Part shown: positions 16,442 to 26,028 of the stretch, piece by piece
Position numbering within the stretch: the stretch's first letter is position 1
Layout of the letters: each line of letters begins with the position of its first letter
Assembly (NCBI GenBank): GCA_943704425.1
Contig: CALSCP010002616.1
Span: forward strand, 1-34,449
From: Ministeria vibrans ATCC 50519
Lineage: Eukaryota > Protista > Filasterea
DNA: 34,449 nt
Direction: 5' to 3'
Notes under the pieces: model-generated
What the model was told of the DNA's origin: nothing
What the model saw: the letters and a program-made list of their open reading frames with translations, nothing else
Databases searched by the model: none
Program-made: the position numbers and the translations under genes

Positions 16442-18438
16442 TTCTTCTTCTTCTTCTTCTTTTTCTATCTCTGTCTCTTTCTATCTCTCTCACTTCCTCT
16501 GTCTCTCTTACTTTTTTGCCTCTCTCTCTGTTTCTCTTTCTCTGTCTCTCTTTGTGTGTGTTTGTAAATTACGTATTTTAATGCGACTCGCTGTGTTCGT
16601 CCCTGCCCTTGTGTGTTGGTTTTAATTTTGATCTTCTTTTTTCACTCTATCAGACATTGACCGATGAGGCTCTGGTGCAATTGGGAAATCTGATCTACAG
16701 TCAATTGGTTCGCAATCAGATGGCAACCTACCGAGCACAAGCGACCACCTATGAGTTGCCGAGTGGTATGAAGAGCAGTGCGAGCACCTCAAGCGCAGTA
16801 CTGCTAGACAGCGACGCAGAGACCTCCCAAGCGGACATGGGCCGGAAGAAGAAGAGGCGAGGGATGAAGAGCAGCAACGAAAAACAGACAGAAGACACAC
16901 CCCCGTCGATCTCGTCGCCCACTCCCTCTGATTTTGCCTTTTCTTTACCTTCCCAACCTCCTCCTCCCACAACGGTAACGTATGATTCCGTGCGCCGATT
17001 CTTCTCCAAGGTACTTGTTTTCTTCTTTATCATATTTATGTTGACGTACCGGATGAGTGAGAGAGTGAGTGAGTGATAAGTATGGCGCGTATATTCGTCA
17101 CTCTGTTTTTTGTTTCTTTTGTTGTTTTTGTTTCTTTCGTTCTTATTTACTTGATCTCTTCTTCTTGTTTCTCTCTCCTTCTCTCTCTCTAGTCTGAAGC
17201 ATCCCGTGTATTTGACCGTCTCTCTCCTGGAAAGGGGCTTCCTGCCACAAGAAAGGACATTATCACTGCAGTCCAGGCAATGCACACTGAGCGAAAGGTC
17301 TCTCCCTCTACTAATTGTTGTTTTACATGTCTTTTAATCAAATAATTCCTTGATATTTTGTTCTGCTGTAGAATTTGGTGAAGTCGCTTTCCGCGTTTTC
17401 GTCCATTTTGGACACTCTTGACGCACTCTTTTCGGGCGTTCTCTGTGGCATTCTTCTCTTTGTCATTTTGGCTGTTTTTGAAGGTATAATCTCACACTAT
17501 TCCCCTTTGGCTCAATTTGTCGCTCTTCCTTTTTTTCTCTAGTCAATGTGACCCGTGTTTGGGCGTCTCTTGCGGCCATTATTGTTGGTTTTGCCTTTGT
17601 GTACGTCACTCTATTCGTCTTACCTTTTCTGGGTTCTGACGCTTCGCAATGGAATGTGTAGGTTTGGAAGCACCCTCCAGAGTGTCTTCCAGTCGTTCCT
17701 GTTTATCTTTGTGGATCGGCTGTTAGACATTGGCGATCGTGTTCAACTCGATCACGATAAGTAACCACACGCACATACGACCACGTTCAGTCCATCTCGC
17801 TGAAAATACTCCTTTTTCTCTTTTTGTTCTACATCTTTCTCTCCACACAGCGAAAACATGTACGTGCGACACTTTTCACTGCGACGCACCACTTTTGTCA
17901 GGTGGGACGGTACAGTGATCTATATTCCGAACGACGAGCTGGTGCGTCGCGCCATCCGCAACATCCGTCGCTCTCCGCCCATGACCGACGAGCTTACACT
18001 GCCCATTGCCAGTGACACGCCAAATGCAAAGGTACAGACAGTTTATCATTTTAGTTGATCATGATTCATTGTTCAATGAGAGGAAATGTTTTGTCATTCA
18101 TTATTGTGATTGTTGGTCTGTCTCAGATTACCGAGGTGATCCGGCGCGTGCGCGAGTATGGTGCTGCGTCGACAACTGTCAATTCGTGCAATTGCATCAT
18201 ATCGGGACTCGATCCTGTGCGCAAGTCCCTCTCACTCCTCGTCTTTGTCGGGTACTACTCCAACTTCCAGGACCGCGGTATTCTCTTGGGCTACCGCAAC
18301 CAAGTGTTTCTTTTCCTCTGCGACCTTCTCGCCGAGTTGGACATTGTGTATTTCCCCCCGACGTTCACCGTTCAGAATGTCGATGGAGGACAGAAGGGAG
18401 AGAGCCAGTTATCTATTTCTTCTGCGTCCAATGTGTAA
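14596..18438 (+). CDS. MscS-like (eukaryotic MSL/Msy type) small-conductance mechanosensitive channel
   Basis: Twelve in-frame exons: 14596-15290, 15347-15452, 15515-15580, 15668-16154, 16223-16305, 16654-17010, 17193-17297, 17372-17483, 17543-17600, 17662-17760, 17851-18031 and 18127-18438. Motifs YFNRMQDSLFSQHIL, ERKNLVKSL, GFAFVFGSTLQSVFQSFLFIFV..LDIGDRV and TTFVRWDGTVIYIPNDEL...IRNIRRSPPM match plant MSL10-type and fungal Msy channels. Confidence 0.9.
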
Positions 18439-19128
18439 ACAAACAAAATGCAAAAACTTATACAAAATGGTCGACCCCTTTTCCAGGGAGGAGGACAGAG
18501 CTTTCACACACACACACACTTTTCTTAAAACAAATAGAGATACGCGTTGCGCACTCCACGCGATTATAATCTGCCACTCTAAGGCGGACGGGTCTTTACT
18601 TCCAAGTTACATGCGAATGATGTGATATAATATAATAATACTATGAGCGCAAAAAGTGTCACTATAATATTATAATATTATTCATTATTCATAATATTAT
18701 TACATTGGTGCGCAGTGTACCGTCTCCGCTTGATCCAATTCTTCGAATTTTTTGTAAGCTAGCAGGGTTGCAGTGACACCGTATATGTGGATCACCCATC
18801 TATGGGCTCATTATTGTTTTAGAGTTGTTTATGGCTGAATTGAGTTAGAAAAAATGTCGTCAAAGTTACAAATACAACAATGAAGAGTAAAACAATGCTT
18901 CCATCATAGATGATAGGTTAATTCCAAGAAGATTTAGAAGAATGAAAGATGTATCGATGGAGGCATGGAGCAGCCATAAACCTACAAATACGCTCTCGCA
19001 GTAAGCATACGAAAAATCTAGGATGACTTACTGATAACTTTTTTCCTTGGGGTTTCCCCAAAGTTCCAATTTCCAACCATTTTTTACTGCTTTCTTTGTC
19101 ACTCGCTTTTGTCGGAAAGACATCCGAC

Positions 19129-21390
19129 ATGTCTGATCCATGTGTGTTAAACTCGACCGACCTTGCCCAGATGATCCCCGTCGACGGTGGCATCGTCTCC
19201 AGTTTTGTCTCCGGTCTTCTCTTGCTCCTCGTTGGCATTGTTCTCTTCTCAGCCCAACTGCGCTTTTGCTACCTTCCGCCGAGGGGCAAGCTGGGACGAC
19301 TTGCGGTTGAGGGCGACGAAGAGCAAGACAATGAAGAACGCCGTCTCATTGCGCGTCGCGTCAGCATCGTCCCTGACGACGACGACGACGACGGAGAGCA
19401 ACGGTGGGATCCCGAGTGGTTTCGCTGGCTTCTCGACCTGTGGCGCACGCGCGATGAGGACGTTGAAATCCACGGTGGACAGCAGGCACTGCTGTTTGTG
19501 CGCTTCCAGCGAATCCTCAACTGGCTGCTGCTCTTCTGCACCGTCGTCACCATTGGTATGGTGCTTCCTGTGAACTGGAGCGGCGACCGTGGTCTGAAGG
19601 GCTTCAGTCGCACGACGCTGGTCAACATCCAGCCTTCGTCGCCCGCTCTCTGGGCGCACGCCGTTGGAATGCTCCTCATCACTGTCGCCTTCTACGTTGC
19701 TGCCGATCAGTTCTCGCGATNNNNNNNNNNNNNNNNNNNNNNNNNNNNNNNNNNNNNNNNNNNNNNNNNNNNNNNNNNNGCGTCTTGTGAGCGTATGTCG
19801 CGCGCCCTGACTGAGTATACAACGCGTCATCTTCGTCTGAAGAGTCTCTCGCACGTCGAAGTCATTCCCACGCTGCGTGGTGTTATGAGCGCGACTGACG
19901 ATCTTGCTGCAGCCAAGAAGCGCGCGCGCGAGTACTCAAGCAACAGTCGGTCTCGCTTGGGGCGACTCTTTGATTGGTTGGCCTGCCGTGACACTTCCAT
20001 GTCGACGCTGGTGGCGCGCGAGCAAGGCGCGCGTTCCATGGTTCACCAGCAATGGCACCTTGCTGAAGAGAGCAATAGTGGCGCTGCCTTCCTGACCTTC
20101 TCAACGGTTGCCGATGCAAACACCTTCTTGAAACAGCACGACAAGATGTCTGCCAATCAGCGACATGTCCAAGGTGATCTCGCGACCGGGGACTGGACCG
20201 CCCGCATTGCGCCGCCTCCCTCCACTGTCAACTGGAGCAATCTTGCAGTGACGTCGGCGAGTCATCTTTTGCGCAAATTTATTCTCAACGGCCTGCTCTT
20301 TGCTTTTGTGGCACTCTGGAGCACACCGACGTCCTTTCTAAGTTCAGGCTGGCACAAGATCACTGGTGACTCTCTTCACATCGACAGCTACTTTGTTGCC
20401 ACTTTTGTCACACCCTTTCTTACGCTTATTCTTGGCTACATCATGCCCATTGTGATTGTGACTACGTCAAGCTTTGAGCGCCACCGCACAGCTCATGCCG
20501 AGGCGCTGAGCAACATCTTCAAGGTCTTCGTGTACCTACTTCTCGTTGGCTTTGTGTTGCCCGCGCTTGTCCTGACCACACTTGATGCGCTTATACACAT
20601 GACCGCTGAGCAATTCAAGCATAGCCTTATGTGTGTATTCCTTCCGGGCAATGGCCTCTTTTTTGTCAATTTAATGCTCTCGTACGGACTTGTGGGCACC
20701 GCACTTCAGCTGATGCCCATCCTCACGTCCATTCGCTTTTTCTTTCTCCTCTTCAATGCGTCCACCCCCGAAGCACGCGAGGCGGCGCGGCGTCCACGCA
20801 CTGCACCACTTCCGTTTGGCATGGCTTTTGCAGCTCATTTGGGGCGTCTCACACCTGTCGTCGCTTACGCAACCGACATTCCGTTGGTGATGCCGGCCGC
20901 GCTCATCTTCAACTTTCTCAGCTATCATCTCACACGCGTGACTGTCGTGAAGACGGCTCGTCGCACCAACCAGGTGCCCGACGCCCGCATTGGGGTTTTC
21001 GTTGTCGATGTGCTGCTTGGCATGCCGTTGATTGGGCAGGGGCTGCTCGCGGGCTATGTCGGCGTGCGAGTGGGCGACCAGATTGCTCTGTGGGTCTTCT
21101 TGCTGTGTCTTCCGGCCTTCACGGTCCTGGTACTTCTCTTGCGGTGGAAGAAGTGGCTGAGGTTTGCGGACAACGAGGCGCGCTCACGTCAACCCTTCAC
21201 TCTTGAAGTACTCTACGAGGACACTGCCTACATACCCAACCTCGTCTCCAAGTATCGCACGTGGAAAGTGGCGCACGCCGCTGAGTCTCACCAACCCGAA
21301 GACGAATCGATCCACCTCGACTGTGAACAACAAAATCAGCAACCGAAAATATACCAAGATGATTCGATGCATCTCGACTGTGAACAATAA
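19129..21390 (+). CDS. OSCA/TMEM63 (CSC1)-family channel, copy 2 (intronless; close paralog of copy 1)
   Basis: Nearly identical to 11822-14029 over most of its length, with a different N-terminal ~35 aa and an extended C-terminus. ATG at 19129; 59-N gap at 19721-19779. Confidence 0.92.
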   Translation: MSDPCVLNSTDLAQMIPVDGGIVSSFVSGLLLLLVGIVLFSAQLRFCYLPPRGKLGRLAVEGDEEQDNEERRLIARRVSIVPDDDDDDGEQRWDPEWFRWLLDLWRTRDEDVEIHGGQQALLFVRFQRILNWLLLFCTVVTIGMVLPVNWSGDRGLKGFSRTTLVNIQPSSPALWAHAVGMLLITVAFYVAADQFSRXXXXXXXXXXXXXXXXXXXXASCERMSRALTEYTTRHLRLKSLSHVEVIPTLRGVMSATDDLAAAKKRAREYSSNSRSRLGRLFDWLACRDTSMSTLVAREQGARSMVHQQWHLAEESNSGAAFLTFSTVADANTFLKQHDKMSANQRHVQGDLATGDWTARIAPPPSTVNWSNLAVTSASHLLRKFILNGLLFAFVALWSTPTSFLSSGWHKITGDSLHIDSYFVATFVTPFLTLILGYIMPIVIVTTSSFERHRTAHAEALSNIFKVFVYLLLVGFVLPALVLTTLDALIHMTAEQFKHSLMCVFLPGNGLFFVNLMLSYGLVGTALQLMPILTSIRFFFLLFNASTPEAREAARRPRTAPLPFGMAFAAHLGRLTPVVAYATDIPLVMPAALIFNFLSYHLTRVTVVKTARRTNQVPDARIGVFVVDVLLGMPLIGQGLLAGYVGVRVGDQIALWVFLLCLPAFTVLVLLLRWKKWLRFADNEARSRQPFTLEVLYEDTAYIPNLVSKYRTWKVAHAAESHQPEDESIHLDCEQQNQQPKIYQDDSMHLDCEQ

Positions 21391-21644
21391 AATCAGATAT
21401 AATATTAATAGAAGAAGAAGTCAACCCATTAACTAATATGCAGTCACCACGCCAAAACACAGCCAGACCGCCTTGCAAACTCAACTGAAACTCTAGAGGT
21501 AGTATGGGAGAACAGTGGCAGGTCAGTGTACTTTCTCGTCGCTAGCATACATATACTAAGATGAATCGATGTATCTTGACTGTGAACAATAAAATGAAAA
21601 TTGATAACAATCAATCAACAGTTGCATTGCCGCTCATAACAAAA

Positions 21645-23394
21645 TCAGTCTTCCTTTGCCTCAATTTCGCGACTAATGGCAATCAGTTCGTCGAGAGCTG
21701 CGTCAATGTCACTGGTGACGGAAGTTACGCTGAGCAGCACAGAGCGAATGGCGGTGATGTACATTTCGAGGCGCGGCACAAAAACACGGGTGCGGGAAAA
21801 GAAGTAGTCCCCACGGGCCTTTTGGCGCTCGTGCACAAGCACGTTGAGGGCGGAAATGTCTGCGTTGGCCTCTTTGGACGAAGTTTGTGTCGTGTGATCT
21901 CTGTCGCCGACGTAGCGGAAGAGACATATGTTGGACTGAGGAGGAGCAACAAGCTGGAGGGAAGGGCGCGCGTGAATGGCACTGGCAAGGTAGGCAGTAA
22001 GCGCCACACAGCGGTCGAGGATGGAGGCGTAACCAGTCGCTCCCAAAATGCGGAGGTTAGCATGCAGATGAAGCGCCGTGGCTGGTCGTGAGCCTTCAAG
22101 TGAAAATCGCCCTGCGTCCATGGAGCCATTACGAATAATGTACTCGGATGAGTGCTGAAAAAAAAAAATTATAGCAATAAGAGTAGCAAAATAAATTAAT
22201 AATAATAATAATAATAAGAATAATTATTATTATTATTATTATTATATTCTACGTACTTGGACGTTGGAGGCTGTCTGCAAATCTCGAAAGAGCGTGATTC
22301 CCAGTCCCATGGGCGTGAGCAGCTGCTTGTGACCGTCGATTGTGATGGAGTCGGCAAGCTCAAGACCTGCCAGAAGACGTGGGCGATGCGTCTTGCTGAA
22401 GATGAAGGCACCTCCCCACGCACCATCAACGTGAACGTGGTGTCCAAACCGTCGCGAGATTCCAACAATGCCTGCAATGTCGTCGTGTGATCCCACTTCG
22501 GTTGAGCCGGCAATGGCAATGACGGCCACGACGACAACGTGCTCGCTGCGGAGACGACGAAGCGTCTCTTGCAAATGAGCAAGGTTCATGGAAAAGGAGT
22601 CGTCGTAGTCGATGAGCACCACTCCTTCGGTCGTGCCGAGGCCCAGCAAAGAGGCGGTTTTGGTCAATGAGTAGTGCATCAGGCGCGAGCCGACAATGAC
22701 CGCCCGCGTTGCATTCACCTTTCGCAGTGCCACCGCAAGACCCTGGGTGTGGCAGTTGGGCAGAGCTTGATTGCGCGCCGCCCACATGGCCGTCATGTTG
22801 GCTACAGTGCCTCCGCTGCACATGGATCCTATGCAAGTGTTGTCGGCACTCTCAAGCCAAACTTTGTAAATGTCATCATCGAGATTGAAACAGAGCCTGC
22901 AGCGCACATTGTGTATATGTATGTAAGAAGAAGAAGATGTGGGCGAACAACAATTTCAACGTACCGATGAAGCTCAACAAGAACGGATCGCTCGATCACT
23001 GTCATGCTTGCGGACGTCTCGACTTTGACCGTGTTTTGGTTCATGGCCGTGATGATGCGGGCCAGATGGGTGTGATAGAGCGGCAGCTGCGCCGTCATGT
23101 GGCCGAGCTGACGACTCGAGTGAGTCCTTGTTGCGTCCTGGCAAACCTTCTTCAAAGAGGTGCTGGCATAGTCGAGGGCACTCATGGCGGGCTAAGTACG
23201 ACAGCATATGCACGTTAATATTAAATTTATGGAATTGAGACGCACACACACACACTCAGTTATAGAAACTCAGGTACGGAACACATACACACAGACTCAG
23301 TAATAGAAACTCAGTTATGAAACACACACACACACACAGTCATGGAATTGATACAAACACACACTCAGTGATAGAAACTCAGTTATGGAACACA

Positions 23395-23466
<72 letters not shown>

Positions 23467-23830
23467 GATAAAAACTCAGTTATGAAACACACACACACTC
23501 AGTCATGTAATTGACTTGACACATACACCACACAGAGTGACGGAATTGAGAGAAACACACACACACACACACACACTCTGTCTCTCTCACGGCGACATGC
23601 CGGTTGTGCGCTACCAGTTCCGAGTTTGACGCAAGCAGAATGCGGTCGCCGTCGGGATGCGTGTCCATGCTGGCCTGGACGGCCCGTGCCTCGTGGATGT
23701 CGCGCACAATGTCGTCGATGCACTGCTCAAACTCACTCGCTGTCGCCAGGAAAAACTGCCGCGCTACCTCGCCCCCGAGCGGCGCCGAGACGGGCAGTTG
23801 GCTGGTCTCAGAACATCCTATTCCTGCCAT
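21645..23830 (-). CDS. panP: PLP-dependent group II decarboxylase, PanP-like (pyridoxal-dependent aspartate 1-decarboxylase)
   Basis: Exons 23830-23591, 23191-22965, 22896-22257 and 22154-21645. GHMTAQLP, MNQNTVKVETS..MTVIERSVL..LHRL, CSGGTVANMTAMWAARN, HYSLTK, IAGSTEVG, HVDGAWGG, DSITIDGHKQ (PLP lysine) and EYIIRNGS.DAGRFSLEGSR follow the gammaproteobacterial PanP subfamily pattern (GHMTSALP, LNQNLVKIETS, DAHKQ, LEGSR). The substrate is inferred, not shown. Confidence 0.85.
23243..23580. repeat. Compound (CA)n / CTCAGT-GAAACTCAGTTATG minisatellite in intron 1 of the PanP-like gene
   Basis: About four degenerate copies of (CA)n-CAGTnATAGAAACTCAGTTATG plus a long pure (CA)n tract at ~23399-23464. 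Confidence 0.85.
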
Positions 23831-24332
23831 ACCGTGTGTGTCGGTGTCAGACGAAAAGCGTGTTGGAAAAAAAAAAAGTGAAAAAGTCAAATAAAAAGCC
23901 GCAAAAAATAAATATCGGTCCTGAACTTTCATTTTATGCTTCAAAGGAGAACTGAGGCACTGGCGCGACTGCCATCTGGCGGTAATGGTTTGATACAGCT
24001 TGTGTACGAGTAATTAGGGCAGAATAATGGAGCATACGGTGGAGATTGCAATGGAATTGTAATGTCATCCCAAAAAGTACGGAAGGATGAATATTGTCCA
24101 TCCCAAATCACTCTCATGCGAAATGTGGCGCTCACTACCTCACAATACGTTCAATAAATGCATGATAGTGAAGATACTATGCGTCCCGGCTCGAGATGGG
24201 TCGCAGCGTTATCTCTGTGCGAACTCATCCCGAGACAACCACAAACCAAACTGCCAACTTCGAATTGAATAATTATCATTCTTTTTCTCTCTCTCTTTGA
24301 AACACTCCCTTCACAAAAAGAAGGCATCAACC
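23831..24332. promoter_or_regulatory. Putative bidirectional promoter between the PanP-like gene and ligase paralog C
   Basis: Head-to-head starts ~500 bp apart; three TCATCC/GGATGA hexamers. Confidence 0.5.
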
Positions 24333-25993
24333 ATGGTTCAACTTGCTACCTTTGACCACGTCAAGCAGTTCCCGCCTGCCGGCACTCCCGCTGCGACCGA
24401 ATTTCTCCTCGAAACGCTCAAAACGACTCTCAAGGAGACATGCCGGCCCGCTTTGCGCGACGAGCGCCTCACGCCCATTGCCGGTGGTTCTTCCGAGGCA
24501 ACCATTGTGTTTCTCACGCAGGTCCTTTACACATTCGTTTTTTGTTTTTTTTTTTCTCTTTTTTTCCCTCTCTTTTTTTTCTCCTTTCTTTCTTTTTTTT
24601 TTTTTCCTCCTTTCCTCTCACTGACACGTTTTTGGGATATTTCTGTTGCATGTGGCGTTGGCAGCCGGACGAGCGTCTGTCGCTGCTGTTCGAAGGAGGG
24701 CGGATGTGCCCCGGGGACTTCTTCGTGGCGCTGTCGCCCGAGTGGATTGAAAAGGTGCCGCTGAGCAAAGAGGCGAGCGACGGAAAGCCCGTCCTGCACG
24801 AGCTGCTGCTCAAGGAGGGCATCACGTGCGACTCGGGCGGCGTCCTTGTCCACCGACGCTTCCAGCCGCCGCGTCTCGTGACGTACTTTGCCAACTTGTT
24901 TACGTGGGGCACCACTGAAGGCTGGCGTAACGACGGCGTTGTGCTCGAGACGGACGTCACCACGCCAATCAGCTCGTCGCATCTCCTCGAACAGTACATT
25001 GGTATGTGTCACGTCTTCTTTCAGTCTAGTCGACGTTGCATTGGTGGAATTGTTCAACTTAAAATCCAAAAATTTGTCTTTTGGCAGGTGACAAGGTGCT
25101 CATGCACACTGTTGCAGCGCGTGGCCAGGTTGCAACGGCGTCGGCGCTTGCATTCACCTACGAGCCGTCGCCGCTATTGCCGGCCGAGGTCCTTGCCGGT
25201 GCGTCTTCAGCAGCGCGCATTTCCGTTCTCGACATGCCTCTTTCGGATGGCACGACCTTTGACACGCTCTCAGCCGAGGAGAAGGCTCCTCTTGTCACTG
25301 CCGTCATGGCGCGCGTTGAGCAAGATGTAAGTATGTTTATTTTGGTTTAGAGTGCGAGAAAGCAGGGGAGAAGACCAAATTTGTGTGTTTTGGAAAATGA
25401 GAGAGAGAGAGACCAAATTGTGATAGAGAAACGTGTTTTGCAACGGGGTGTTTTTGTATTAATAATTTTATTTGTATTGTAGCTGAACGAATTTTTGGAG
25501 CACTTCAACATCACCAAGTTTGTGGTCAAACCGTCGGGATACCGATGGCAACAGGGCAACGGCGTGACCTTCCACAGTGTGCACAACCGCGAGCAGGCAC
25601 TCGCCGACATTCGCACACTGCTCCTGGCCATGTTCCCCGGTGACTCTGTCCTTGTCGAAGACTTCATCTATCCACTCCTGCCCACCGCCGTCCACGTTGA
25701 CTATCTCTTCTCGCGCGCCACAACCACCCCTGTTCGCACTCAATTTGAGATGGAGCAGCTCATGCAAATGTCCCGCACCGCCACGAGTCTCCCACAAGAG
25801 TCAGGCGTTCCGCTGGTTGACTCAGTCACCCAACTTCCGCTTGTCAGTCCCGAGGTTCCCTTGCTGCGTCTCGAACAGCCACTGGCCCATCGTTTCCGTG
25901 TCATTTGCTCGCGTGGTGTTGACAACATCCCAAAGGTGGCGACCATTGTTGCTGGTGCTGGTCCGCTCTCAGAGGTACGAACTTTTTTAAAAA

Positions 25994-26028
<35 letters not shown>

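Noticed and set aside
23243-23580. Regularly recurring GAAACTCAGTTATG units, superficially CRISPR-like
   Set aside because: The spacers are (CA)n rather than unique sequence, the array lies in a eukaryotic intron, and there are no cas genes.
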